A stretch of 63,931 nucleotides of DNA, filler included, from Octopus bimaculoides (GCF_001194135.2; 6 parts of 6 records of this genome joined end to end with filler, not necessarily neighbours in it); one strand, 5' to 3'; counted from the first letter of the whole stretch, positions 22,560 through 35,867 are shown. The notes: generated by a model not told the origin, from the sequence alone. Translations and numbers: made by a program.

Positions 22560-23340
22560 GAGAAAAGAATGGAAACTCAGTCGGCTCGGATGCCTCATTT
22601 TCTTAAGAAGCACAAAGACATTTCATGGAAGGATATCGAAGGCTTCATATCTGGCTCGTGAAACAAGCTTTTTTTCAGACATTACGCTACCTTTTTTGTT
22701 TTTAAATTATGAAAGTGGTCTTTGTGATGTATAATTTCATTTCAGATAAAACCTTAAATTATGAAGAAATTGGATGGACAACGGTGCATAATCCATGGAA
22801 AGTCGTCGCTGCTAAATGAGTCGAACCAGTTGAAGCTGTAGCATCATCAGATCAAAGGGAAGTAGTGATTATCCGCTATGTAAACAGTAATGTATGGAAC
22901 ATTTTTCTCCTAAATTTGAGATTTACCTTCTTTGTGTCACTCTACCATTTTTTAACTATGCAACACTTCTCATAAAGTGAGTGGTGGTGGAAGAAAATTC
23001 CCGCTTACTCGATTGTAATACTTGATGACCATGATTGATACATCAGCAGAGAAGTTATTAGCTCTTTCTGAGAAAATGGAGTGCATTTATGTTGTTTCAC
23101 CACGTTCTTGACACCAGACGCAATCCCCTGATTGGGCTGCTTTGGTCCTTAGAATAAATATCACGTACAACGCGCAGGTTATATAAAAGATTGGGAAAAC
23201 TGACGATATAGAAAAGTCGTGAAGTTGTGGATGTGGCATTTATTGAACTAGTACTCTTGCCTGCATTGAAAACAATGTTTGAAATCGTCAGTCTTGTAGA
23301 TGAATGATCACTAGAGGACACAAACAATAGAGGTTTTTAA
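22560..23340 (+). pseudogene. Fossil pogo/Tigger-family (DDE_1) transposase
   Basis: Broken frames ..HFLKKHKDIS..SLARETSF.., ..DKTLNYEEIGWTTVHNPWKVVAAK.. and ..IVILDDHD*YIS..ENGVHL.. match the pogo motifs FLKRH..SLAR, IYNxDETG..PxKVVA and LILDNH..ENGV. Confidence 0.75.
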
Positions 23341-23714
23341 GTGAGTGCGTTTTTCCCATGTGGATTTACATGCACTTTAAATACTGAAATATATAGTCTT
23401 ATATACACACAATTAGATGAGTTTCTCTCACTTCAGCTCCAAAAGCCTATTGAAAATTTTGATTATTATGTTACAGAATATCCGGAACTCATACGCTTTA
23501 CAAAAGAGATGGTCACTGCTACTAGCTTACTTTTTAATGGCCCACGCATAAACAGGCTGCAATGACACCTTATAAAGGTCTTCCTTTATAAGGTGTCTTC
23601 TATGACTTAATAAAACATACGCATGTATATGTATGTATGTATATATGTATGTATGTATGTATGTATATTTTCATTCGCATATTGTTATGGCTCACGCTAC
23701 TGCTATCTAGGACC

Positions 23715-23990
23715 TTATTCAACTTCCAAATGTTTCGTGGCAAAATCAGTTAAATGTTCTTTGTAACCATAAGATCTTGTGGAAGTTAGAAGCTTAGGTA
23801 GGTCCTCGTTTGAGCAACTCTTTCCCCACTTCATATAGAGAAAGTCACCTTCTAAACTTACGCTTACAATGTTTAGAAGTGTTTTTCTATCGTACACCCA
23901 ACAGTTCAATCTAAATATTCTAAAGGGTCATGAGGCATTCATCTCACCCATCCTAAATGATTATTCAACGCTTTTTAAAAAATCATATCA
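23715..23990 (-). mobile_element. Highly decayed RTE C-terminal fragment
   Basis: ..VYDRKTLLNIVSVS..SNEDLPKL.. weakly matches ..YTRxL..VSW..NEELYG.LPK. Confidence 0.35.
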
Positions 23991-25953
23991 ATTAGTTCTG
24001 TTCCTTTTCGTGCGCTTGAATCAAATCCGAGCTGTTTGTCCCCAAGTAGGAAAGTGACAGCACTGCCATGAATCTTACCCCATGTCTCCTCGCTTTTACT
24101 AGAAATATACTCATGTGATCGAATTTGGTAGGCGCAAACTGAAAGAAGCCTGTTNNNNNNNNNNNNNNNNNNNNNNNNNNNNNNNNNNNNNNNNNNNNNN
24201 NNNNNNNNNNNNNNNNNNNNNNNNNNNNNNNNNNNNNNNNNNNNNNNNNNNNNNNNNNNNNNNNNNNNNNNNNNNNNNNNNNNNNNNNNNNNNNNNNNNN
24301 NNNNNNNNNNNNNNNNNNNNNNNNNNNNNNNNNNNNNNNNNNNNNNNNNNNNNNNNNNNNNNNNNNNNNNNNNNNNNNNNNNNNNNNNNTATATATATAT
24401 ATGTATGTATGCATGTATGTATGTATGTATGTATGTATTTATGTATGTATGTATGCATGCATATATATGTATGTATGTATATTGTATTGTGGATCACTCA
24501 ATTACTTCTCCCAAGTAACTCATGGCTGCATCAGTTAATTCCATTCATCTCCTGCTCGATTTCCTTTTTCTGTGTCAACATGCATGCATTTCTACGCCAT
24601 TTCGGACATTTAGTTCCATATTCACAGTTACAGTGATCGACCTTGTTTTGAACAATTCTTTCTCATTTCGTCTACTTCTGTACTTCTTACATATGTCAGT
24701 TATTGTTAATTTCATCACATCTATTAACTCTCACACTATTTACGATTCTTCTTATTGTCCCTTTCCCCAAGTTGTGTCTCATTCACCATCACTCACATTA
24801 CTCCCCTATTTTATTATCTTTATCATACATAAAGTTTTGACCTGAACAATATATTAAGAAATATTTTCTCTCCGATTAAAGACATATACCTGAAACTTTA
24901 CTTCTTGCGGGAAAACAATGCTGTCAGAGGTTTCATGAAAGCTTAATCGTGTAGAAGAGAAACGAAATACACTCATAAAAACGCCTATGCACATGATATA
25001 GAAACATACATATGTATATATATATAAGANNNNNNNNNNNNNNNNNNNNNNNNNNNNNNNNNNNNNNNNNNNNNNNNNNNNNNNNNNNNNNNNNNNNNNN
25101 NNNNNNNNNNNNNNNNNNNNNNNNNNNNNNNNNNNNNNNNNNNNNNNNNNNNNNNNNNNNNNNNNNNNNNNNNNNNNNNNNNNNNNNNNNNNNNNNNNNN
25201 NNNNNNNNNNNNNNNNNNNNNNNNNNNNNNNNNNNNNNNNNNNNNNNNNNNNNNNNNNNNNNNNNNNNNNNNNNNNNNNNNNNNNNNNNNNNNNNNNNNN
25301 NNNNNNNNNNNNNNNNNNNNNNNNNNNNNNNNNNNNNNNNNNNNNNNNNNNNNNNNNNNNNNNNNNNNNNNNNNNNNNNNNNNNNNNNNNNNNNNNNNNN
25401 NNNNNNNNNNNNNNNNNNNNNNNNNNNNNNNNNNNNNNNNNNNNNNNNNNNNNNNNNNNNNNNNNNNNNNNNNNNNNNNNNNNNNNNNNNNNNNNNNNNN
25501 NNNNNNNNNNNNNNNNNNNNNNNNNNNNNNNNNNNNNNNNNNNNNNNNNNNNNNNNNNNNNNNNNNNNNNNNNNNNNNNNNNNNNNNNNNNNNNNNNNNN
25601 NNNNNNNNNNNNNNNNNNNNNNNNNNNNNNNNNNNNNNNNNNNNNNNNNNNNNNNNNNNNNNNNNNNNNNNNNNNNNNNNNNNNNNNNNNNNNNNNNNNN
25701 NNNNNNNNNNNNNNNNNNNNNNNTTGTGTTCTTGCTCAAGTTCACGCAGCTGTAGATATGAGTTGCGGCGTCACAGGTGCCAGGCTGTATCGGCCTTTGG
25801 CTTTCCCTTGGATAACACTGGTGACTCGGAGAGGGAAGACTGGTATGGATGGGCGACTGCTGGTCTTGTGCCTCGGAGGGTAACTTTCTAGGTGCAATCC
25901 CATACTCAGTCATGATCGAAGGGGTCTCAGCGTGTATGTATATGTACATGTAT

Positions 25954-25985
<32 letters not shown>

Positions 25986-25986
25986 T

Positions 25987-26470
25987 GGGCGCAAGAATGG
26001 CTCCGTGGTAGTAGCTTGGTTACCCAACACATGGTTCCGGGTTCAGTCACACTGCGTGGCACCTTGGGCAAGACTCTTTTACTATAGCCTCGGGCCGATC
26101 AAAGACTTGTGAGTGGATTTGGCAGACGGAAACTGAAAGAAGCCCGTCGTATACATACATACATACATGTGTGTGTGTGTATGTGTGTGTGTGTGTATGT
26201 CTGTGTGTCCGTATTTGTCCCCACCAGTATCGTTTGACAATTGATGTTGGTGTGTATGTATGTGTATTTGTATTTGTCTGTGTTCGTCCTGCAATCATCA
26301 CTTGAAAACCGATGCTGGTGTTTACGTCCTCGTAACTTAGCAGTTCGGTAAAAATAAACCGATAGAATGAGTACTAGGCTTTCAAAGAATAAGTCTTGGT
26401 GTCGATTTGTTCGACTAAAGGCGGTGTCGCAGCATGGTTGCAATCACATGACTGGAGCAAGTAAAAGAAT
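25987..26470 (+). mobile_element. Full-length SINE family 2 with internal duplication
   Basis: tRNA-like head (GGGTTCAGTC B-box), central TA/TG microsatellite and 3' GTAAAAGAAT tail. CpGs are retained. Confidence 0.85.
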
Positions 26471-27314
26471 AATTCACGTATGTGTTATTTCATGATTCCC
26501 TACCCAATTTTGGTTATAGAGTGATTTAATTTCCCTAGTTTGTAGTCTATAAAGGAGAATCATTAAGGTGACTGGAACGAGGAGTGAAGCGAAAAGTTTT
26601 TATATTGGGAGGATGAATACAGAGTATTCAGCTAATGTATTATATACCTGAAAACATGGTTTTGGGCTTTATTCATATCTTCCCACAACATGGACAATAA
26701 TCGGATATGGCATATTTAGAAATAAGCAGGAAAACGTAGAGAATAAAAATTTTAAATAATCAACTTGGGTAATATCTATAATGTTGAGAGAACTAATACA
26801 AATTACTGGGAAATTCTCTTTCCAAATGCCTTGAAATTTCCACCATGAAAATTTATTATCTTGAAAGGACTGTTCCAAAAATATATATTTCTATAGTTTT
26901 AGAAGTAATTTATGTGCCCAGTTCTTATATTCTGATTCAAATTTCGGTATTTAGCTTTTAACGTGTTAATTTCTGCGAATTCATTTTCCCATGTTATATC
27001 TTTTACATAAGTACAAATCCCTAAATATATCAACAAAATTAGATTTTAGCTGTATTTCTGATAACAAAACGAAAATCTATATTGAAAAAAACAAGAAAAA
27101 AGAAATGGGGGCCACGTTCTGCTGGAACTGTGTGAAAGATCAATTTTTCCAATCTGTGTGTAATTATGCAGTCATATATAATTTTTCTCTCACACTTCTC
27201 TCTTCTCTATATATACATATATATTAGATCCATATTAAGCAAACTCACAGACGCAAATATGCATCTATATATACACGTACGCATATTCATAGCACACTCT
27301 CACGCTCTCTTACC

Positions 27315-27349
<35 letters not shown>

Positions 27350-27780
27350 GATATATATATATATATATGTATATANNNNNNNNNNNNNNNNNNNNNNNNN
27401 NNNNNNNNNNNNNNNNNNNNNNNNNNNNNNNNNNNNNNNNNNNNNNNNNNNNNNNNNNNNNNNNNNNNNNNNNNNNNNNNNNNNNNNNNNNNNNNNNNNN
27501 NNNNNNNNNNNNNNNNNNNNNNNNNNNNNNNNNNNNNNNNNNNNNNNNNNNNNNNNNNNNNNNNNNNNNNNNNNNNNNNNNNNNNNNNNNNNNNNNNNNN
27601 NNNNNNNNNNNNNNNNNNNNNNNNNNNNNNNNNNNNNNNNNNNNNNNNNNNNNNNNNNNNNNNNNNNNNNNNNNNNNNNNNNNNNNNNNNNNNNNNNNNN
27701 NNNNNNNNNNNNNNNNNNNNNNNNNNNNNNNNNNNNNNNNNNNNNNNNNNNNNNNNNNNNNNNNNNNNNNNNNNNNNNNN

Positions 27781-27824
<44 letters not shown>

Positions 27825-27857
27825 CGTTGCATTATAAATATGTCCGTAAATATATTT

Positions 27858-27871
27858 TCATGTCATGTCAC
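27858..27871 (-). CDS. Candidate terminal coding exon ((G)DMT*) of an unidentified gene
   Basis: Acceptor tactttcgcag|GT GAC ATG ACA TGA, phase-compatible with 31208-31288. No homology recognised. Confidence 0.2.
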
Positions 27872-28257
27872 CTGCGAAAGTAACAACTCGAGCAGCGATT
27901 ATGATTTTCACACGGACAGAAGAATTTAAATAAATTTCGAAATTTAAGTATATAGAAGATAAGATGCATATAATCGATATTTTAACACATATGTAAGCAA
28001 TATAGAAATCTCTGTTTGTACCTTTATATTTATGAGAGAATAAATCAATGTATAGTATAATGTAGGATATCATAAAAAAAATCTGCTGATCTAACCAATG
28101 CATATTATGTATTTAATTACTAGAAAAATTGAAGAATCTTTTCTGCATCAAGTTTTGACATATACTACAGCGGTGGTAAAATGATAATAATATAACTAAT
28201 AACCTAATAACTGTAAGTAAAGAAAGCTAGTTGTGTAACCATTTAAAGGATATATAT

Positions 28258-28315
<58 letters not shown>

Positions 28316-28459
28316 GTGGTAAAAAGTTTTCTTCTGAATCACATGGCTCAGGGTTCGGTCCTACTGCGTGGCATCTTGGACAAGTGTCTTCTACTATAAC
28401 CTCGAGTCAAGCAAAGCTCTGTTAGTGGATTTGTATATATATGTATATTGTTTGTTGAC

Positions 28460-29330
28460 GATACAGTACTGGTTACGGATTCGGAAGAGCAACTGAGGAG
28501 ACCGGTGGTAGAGTTTGGATGAGTGTGTGAGAGGAGGAAACTGAAAATGAATGTAGCTGAGAGAATGGTGATGAGATGTTGGAGATATGAAATGGCTGGT
28601 AGGTTGAATGTGAGTATAAATGCTGAGATGTTAGAGGAGGTGAATGTTTTTAAGTATCTAGGATCACATATAACAGCGGCGGATGGGAGGTTGGCTGAGA
28701 AGGTTGGATATAGAGTAATGGAGAGGAGTATGATACTTGTGAAAGGTATGCTGAGAGAAAATTGGTTGAATATGAAAGCGGAAAGAGGTGTGTATGAGGG
28801 CGTGATTGTACCAACAATGTTATATGGTGCAGAGACGCGGGATATGAGAGAGGCAGAAAGGAGGCGACTAAACGTATTTGAGATGAGATGCTTAAGAGCT
28901 GTGGTTGGTGTGACACAGATGGACAGGATGGATGAGGAGCGGAAGTTAAGGAGGGTGATGAAGGCAGAAGTGGTAGGCAACAGGACCAGAGGCAGACCTC
29001 AGTTTGTGTGAATGGATGGAGTGAGGAAAGCTTTGGTGGTTGGAGGTGTTGGAGTGTGAGAGACAAGAGAATTTATTAGCGATAAGAAAGCTTGGAGGGT
29101 GTTTGTGGACGGATGAGTGAATTGATGTTGTTCAAAGGGGTACGGAACCAGCATGAAGCGGTGGGAGTAAGCCAGCATATGCTGTCGGGCCCCGCTGCTG
29201 ATATCGGTGGTTGCTTTCTACGCCTTTAGTCGAGCATAGGACAGGGTTCACCTCTTTGGGCTGGGAAATTAATGGAATTCCTGGTGTTTGTCTTGTTATG
29301 GCTACCGTATACTATCGGCAATAGGCCTTG
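28460..29330 (+). mobile_element. RTE-clade LINE 3' portion, a second family
   Basis: ORF 28523-29011 has FKYLGS, RGVYEGVIVPTMLYGAET, FEMRCLR and RGRP. The 3' UTR differs from the 4372 family. Confidence 0.85.
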
Positions 29331-30281
29331 GTAAATAATTAAAAAAATAGAAACGAAGGATGTGGATGGCTGCAAGTACAGGATATTATAACGGCCTAAA
29401 AATGCCTAAGTGCAACTAGAGCTCTCGCTGGACGCAGCTAGGACGAATTTTCGTCTCTCTTAGACATCCGTGCTGTTTGTAAAAGACCAAGTCCATAAGA
29501 ACTTAAAAACAAGAAAACTAGGCCTATTGACAGGGTATATACAANNNNNNNNNNNNNNNNNNNNNNNNNNNNNNNNNNNNNNNNNNNNNNNNNNNNNNNN
29601 NNNNNNNNNNNNNNNNNNNNNNNNNNNNNNNNNNNNNNNNNNNNNNNNNNNNNNNNNNNNNNNNNNNNNNNNNNNNNNNNNNNNNNNNNNNNNNNNNNNN
29701 NNNNNNNNNNNNNNNNNNNNNNNNNNNNNNNNNNNNNNNNNNNNNNNNNNNNNNNNNNNNNNNNNNNNNNNNNNNNNNNNNNNNNNNNNNNNNNNNNNNN
29801 NNNNNNNNNNNNNNNNNNNNNNNNNNNNNNNNNNNNNNNNNNNNNNNNNNNNNNNNNNNNNNNNNNNNNNNNNNNNNNNNNNNNNNNNNNNNNNNNNNNN
29901 NNNNNNNNNNNNNNNNNNNNNNNNNNNNNNNNNNNNNNNNNNNNNNNNNNNNNNNNNNNNNNNNNNNNNNNNNNNNNNNNNNNNNNNNNNNNNNNNNNNN
30001 NNNNNNNNNNNNNNNNNNNNNNNNNNNNNNNNNNNNNNNNNNNNNNNNNNNNNNNNNNNNNNNNNNNNNNNNNNNNNNNNNNNNNNNNNNNNNNNNNNNN
30101 NNNNNNNNNNNNNNNNNNNNNNNNNNNNNNNNNNNNNNNNNNNNNNNNNNNNNNNNNNNNNNNNNNNNNNNNNNNNNNNNNNNNNNNNNNNNNNNNNNNN
30201 NNNNNNNNNNNNNNNNNNNNNNNNNNNNNNNNNNNNNNNNNNNNNNNNNNNNNNNNNNNNNNNNNNNNNNNNNNNNNNNNN

Positions 30282-30318
<37 letters not shown>

Positions 30319-31207
30319 CATGTGTACAAGCATACAAATACATACGTACATATACATGCATACATACACATACACAAATAAATACATTTATATGCATGCA
30401 TAAATTACATACATACATAATTACATACGTACAATGAAATTACATGATCAAAAGTACCTGTCACTCTATAAAGAACAATACATTTGGTCTCCAAAATATT
30501 CTAAATTAATGATAGAGATATTTGAACAGAGGTCATGGAACGAAAGTAAACGATCGGCAAAAAAATTGGAGGCTACGTACAATAAATATATATAGAGCTT
30601 AATGCCCAAGTGATGATAGGAATAATATTATTGAAAGTTGGAACGTGACATTGCGGTCTCGTATCTATATTAGATATCATCAAATTAAAGCGATGGTAAA
30701 TACGTTTGAGAATAGAAATCTGGACGAAATTGCTTGAAATGAACAGAAGATAAAATTGACGAGTACGTGATATGTGTAACATATTATAAGGGTCTCATAA
30801 TGATACACTGCAGCTTGAGAGATCAACTGTGAATGAAATGAATTAAATATAAATAGCAGTTTGTCAATAGCCTATGTGTCAAAATAATTCAATATATTCA
30901 CATATAAGAACACACTTGCATTTTACATATGTAAATAAGTTGATATACAATACAATCTGAAACAAAAATTATTAAATATACAATTGGATAACAAAGCATA
31001 AACGTATGTGCATTTGCGTATTATTGTATACTTTTCTATGTTTGTACCTATCTGTCTGTCTTTGTCTTCTTACAGATATATCTAACTCTGTCGTATGTCT
31101 GTATACATGTGCATATTTGTGTGAGTCATGTGTGCTAGCACACGGGCAACTTTTTTTTTTTATCAAGGCTACAAAAAAACATCACAAAAACTCAGAATTT
31201 CACGTAC

Positions 31208-31288
31208 CTGTTTGACGGACAGACATGATCAAAATTTTGTGATCAAGAATGTTGATCACAACTGTCCGACGAAAGGGAACGTAAAACC
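31208..31288 (-). CDS. Candidate 81-nt phase-1/1 exon ((G)FYVPFRRTVVINILDHKILIMSVRQT-G), unidentified
   Basis: ..ctcag| acceptor with a weak pyrimidine tract and CAG|gtacgt donor. Only one of the three frames is open. Confidence 0.25.
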
Positions 31289-31769
31289 CTGAGTTTTGTG
31301 TTGTTATTGCAGTTGTTAATAAAATAAGTATAACTCTGCTTTCAGTATTCGAGTACTATCTTTTTCCACCTTGTCTCGCATGTACGTTCTTACTCGTATA
31401 TATAGATATAATCTTTTATCTTTTACTTATTTCAGTCAAGAACAAAAGTTAATTTCCTTTTTCTTACACTCAACTTAAACACAGCTTTGTATTACCCATA
31501 CCATAAAACTTTAACCAATCGAAAGTATATCAGTTTTTTAGCAATCATCCTGCAAATATATAAAAAAATCTAGTTAAAAACATATCGCTTAGACTCTCTA
31601 ATTAATTTACTAATTCAAACATTTTTAATAATAATGCTGACTTCTATAATTTATCTTTGTTATAAGCAGGGTATAAGGAGCAAATTAAGTATTACAACCT
31701 TCTTGATCTTGGTTTAACTTCTAATAATTATATTGGTAGTAGTTATACTACTACTACTACTGCTACTAC

Positions 31770-31828
<59 letters not shown>

Positions 31829-31839
31829 TTAATAATAAT

Positions 31840-31881
<42 letters not shown>

Positions 31882-31919
31882 AATAATAATAATCTCCCAT
31901 AGCCAATAATTGAAGCAAT

Positions 31920-33160
31920 AATTCCTTGTATCGAAATATTCAAAGAGCTAATAATAGTAAATTTAAGAATAAACAGTCTGTAAAAATAGAAACAACTTTT
32001 TAACGAGAAATCTTCCTATAAATTGCATAGCCCTAACACAACTATGCGGCTTTTTATTCTATACGGTAAACAAATTAAAAGTGACCTTCCTTACCTGCTT
32101 CTTAAAGCCACCGAAAGGAGCTTCGCCCAAGATTCGAGGTACCATTCTATTTCTAACTCACATCGTATAAGAATTGGTTTTTGCAACACAAGTAATCTCT
32201 TACAGATTATCTCTTCACATAACAATTATATTCTTAACGATAAAAGTGATTCACTTAATAACTATAATAACGATAATATAAATTATAATAATCACTTCTA
32301 AAGTAATAACATTAATAGCAATATTGCTTGTAATTGTGATTCAAATCGAACATCTGTTTTCATTGGAAATTGCTAAATTAAAAGTGTTGTCTACGAAAGT
32401 AAGGTTACTTCAGAGACTAAAGAATTTTCTATGTTGGCCTTTCCTCTTCTGAAATGAAAAAAATAACCGCAGAGCTAATCATCTTTCTACATTTAAATAT
32501 ATTAGTAAACGTAATGCTACAGGTCTTAGCAAGCTAATTTGGCACCTCAAAGACTGTAATAAACAATTTACTATAGACTGGAAAATTTTGTCAAAATCGT
32601 TTCCTTATGATAAGGGCAATTTTTTTGTCATCTTTGTGTGGATGAACAACTGTTTATCATTTTTCCAAATACTCACTTATCAATACCTATAAAGAACGTG
32701 TTTACAGGTGTTTACATTGGAAAAAGCACACTTTCAGCTATTTGAAAGAATATCTGCATTTTGACTTTATTCTTTTCAATCCATACATCTCATTCTTTCT
32801 TTTATCGTTTCTATCCATTTGTAATTCACCTTTCTATTTGTTTACTCCTCCATTACTTCTTTAGTTTTCTTTCTTTCTTCCTTCCCTTCCTCTCTCGACT
32901 TATGACGTCAAAGTTCTTAACGGTATTTTAAAACTTACGAGTGTTCTTTATCTACTTTTTGCTTTTTTATATATTATATATTATAATTTCTTACATTTGT
33001 AAACATGGTTTATTAATGAACACTGTTATCTATAATCTCTACCCTGATGAGATTGATACCTTATTCCATCCTATTTTTCCTCCCGGATTAATTTTAATGT
33101 ATCCAACGAAATATATATATGTCGGTGATATAAATGATCTAAATAACATCTTGTGAGTTT
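31920..33160 (+). mobile_element. Penelope-like element 3' part: GIY-YIG endonuclease remnant plus terminal repeat with hammerhead-like motif
   Basis: Frameshifted ..IISSHN.., SVVYESKVTS/FYVGLS/RRANH..LSKLIWHLK..IDWKIL..CHLCVDEQLFI, typical of Penelope GIY-YIG. Hammerhead motif at 33040-33127. Confidence 0.85.
33040..33127 (+). ncRNA. Candidate type I hammerhead ribozyme (family C)
   Basis: TACC-CTGATGA-stem II (GATAC/GTATC core, long loop)-GAAA-TATATATAT-GTC-GGTG. Stem I is TACC/GGTG; stem III is self-complementary. Activity is untested. Confidence 0.6.
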
Positions 33161-33399
33161 GCATTTTCTATTTCTCTTATATCCTCCAAAACACGTCTCA
33201 TTTCTTCTTGGAATTTTTATCCATGTACGTGTGGTTACGAATATCTTAAAATGCTTCTGTGAATGTGACATTTGGCTAGCCTAGTAAATATTTTTCGGAT
33301 CTTTCCTTAAAAATTAAACACACATACACACACAAACACACACACACAAACACACACACACAAACACACACACACACACACCACACACACACTCACACA

Positions 33400-33499
33400 N
33401 NNNNNNNNNNNNNNNNNNNNNNNNNNNNNNNNNNNNNNNNNNNTTAATTAATTAANNNNNNNNNNNNNNNNNNNNNNNNNNNNNNNNNNNNNNNNNNNN
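33400..33499. other. Artificial linker 44N-TTAATTAATTAA-44N
   Basis: Same 100-bp pattern. Confidence 0.9.
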
Positions 33500-33520
33500 A
33501 TATATATATATATATATATA

Positions 33521-33684
33521 CGACAGGCTTCTTTCAGTTTCCGTCTACCAAATCCACTCACAAGGCTTTGGTCGGCCCGAGGCTATAGTAGAAGACACTT
33601 GCCCAAGGTGCCACGCAGTGGGACTGAACCCGGAACCATGTGGTTGGTAAGCAAGCTACTTACCACACAGCCACTCCTGCGCCT
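33521..33684 (-). mobile_element. Young SINE family 2, 5' part
   Basis: RC begins AGGCGCAGGAGTGGCTGTGTGGTAAG and has the B-box GGGTTCAGTCCC. Most CpGs are intact. Confidence 0.9.
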
Positions 33685-33814
33685 ATATATATGTATATAT
33701 TTGTATATTCAGGGCTATGCATGTACCAAAATACGTATAGAATCCTAATTCAGTGTTAATTAAAATTGATGTTTAACTGCAGTAAGTAAACAGAACAAAG
33801 GAGGCAATTAATAA

Positions 33815-34530
33815 CAGCAACAACAACAATAATGACGATGACTACAATGATGATGATTACAACGACGAAGATGATGATGATGATGATGGCGATGATAATG
33901 ATGATGATGATGATGACGACGACAATGATGATGATGATAAAGATGATCATGACGATGATGATGATGATGATGAAGTCTCCATTATCCTGATATCAGATAA
34001 TTTTCCTTTCACTGCAAAGCATTGAGTGAACCCTGGTGAAATATTGATGAGAAGGTAAAGGATGAAGTGTCAGGAGAGGAACAGGATTGTAATGAGGATG
34101 TGTTGGCAGTGGTGGGAGTAGCAGCGCTGGTGGAAGTGGCAGCAGTGGTGGCAGTGGGAGTGGCGGTGGGGAGGGCGATAGCAGTGACGATGATGATGAT
34201 GGTGATGTGATTTTCCTGATTGAGATCGTGGTGGTGGTGGCAGTGGTGGTGTTGGCAGTGGTGGTGGTGGTAGCAGTAATGGTTGGGGAAGTGTGGTGGT
34301 TGTGATGATGATGGTGGTAGTTATTGAGCCAGTGGTGACTGTAGCAATGGTCATGGTGCTTCCAGAGGTTGTGGTGGTCATGGTACTGTTACTGTTGTTG
34401 TTGTTGGTGGTGGTGGTGGCAGTGGAGATTGCAGTGCTTCACGAGGTCATGGTGGTAGTCACATCAGTGACAGTTGCAGTTGCGGTTGTGGTTGTGGTTG
34501 TAGTTGTGTGGTTCTTGTGGTGGTTAACCA
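33815..34530. repeat. Compound (GAT)n and (GGT/GTG)n trinucleotide repeats
   Basis: Direct reading. Confidence 0.85.
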
Positions 34531-34919
34531 TAGTACAATCAAAAAAACAAAACCAAGCGAAAACACAAAGAAACCCCACCAAAATGTCTTTTTAATAAAT
34601 GTTGTGATACTTGGAGCCATGGAGGACCTAACAGGGACTTCTCGAAGTCCCTGTCCGTTGCCTTCTACAGGAAGAGGCTCGTTTGATTGTATTGGAAATT
34701 AATTGGATTTTAAGGCTGATGAAGGGGGCCTACCTTGCAGGAGGAGATAGAGAGACTCAGAAGATAATTATGAGTCCATCTTGTCTATTTTTTACACCGG
34801 AAATCGAATTCACTCAAGCTTGAAATAATAAAATAGTTTATTGATGTGTTTGTTGTGATGTTAGTGAGGCAAGTGGCCACATTATGGATTTAGCCTAGTT
34901 TCTTCCAGTATATTCATAG

Positions 34920-35646
34920 CAAAAATGAACACAAACACACAGGCATACACACACAGGCATACACACACAGGCATACACACACAAAGACACACGTATTTAC
35001 ACAAACATACATACACAAACATACACAGGCACAAACACGCACTAACAAACATATGCACATGCATACACAAACATACACAAACATATACACACACATGCAC
35101 ACACAAACACACACACATACAAACACATATGCAAACACACAAACGCAAAAACATACATACACACAAACATGCATACACACAAACATACACACATACATAC
35201 ACAAACATACACACAAACAAACACACACACATACAAACACATAAAAATACATACACACAAGCATACAAACGCACAAACATACAAACACACAAACATACAT
35301 ACGTACACACATATATACATGTGCATGTATACAGACAAACTTACATGCACACACACACATAGACACATGCACATGTATTATCTTCTGCAATTATGTGCAG
35401 CCTCACATTAACTCTCCTTCTCTCCTTCTCTCACTCACACTCACTCTCATACATAAATGCACACATATGTGTGTATGTATGCATGTGTGTATGTTTGTGT
35501 GTGTATATACACACACAAACATACACACATGCATACATACACACATTCTTTGCACACATACATACATTCACTTTCTCTATCTCACATGCATACACACACA
35601 CTCTCATATATACACACACACCACTCTCTCCACTGTACATTCATAC

Positions 35647-35684
<38 letters not shown>

Positions 35685-35817
35685 GCATACATACATACAT
35701 GCATATAAATACATACATATGTGCATACATACATATATACATATATACATACACACAGACATACAAACATGAATGTATACAGGCAAGCACATATACTCAC
35801 ATACATACGTACATAAA

Positions 35818-35867
<50 letters not shown>

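Noticed and set aside
29438-29544. Hydrophobic minus-strand peptide VYTLSIGLVFLFLSSYGLGLL..
   Set aside because: Truncated by a gap, with no splice or homology support.
34631-34654. 11-bp perfect hairpin ACAGGGACTTC-TC-GAAGTCCCTGT
   Set aside because: Short, probably part of an unclassified repeat. No terminator or ribozyme context.
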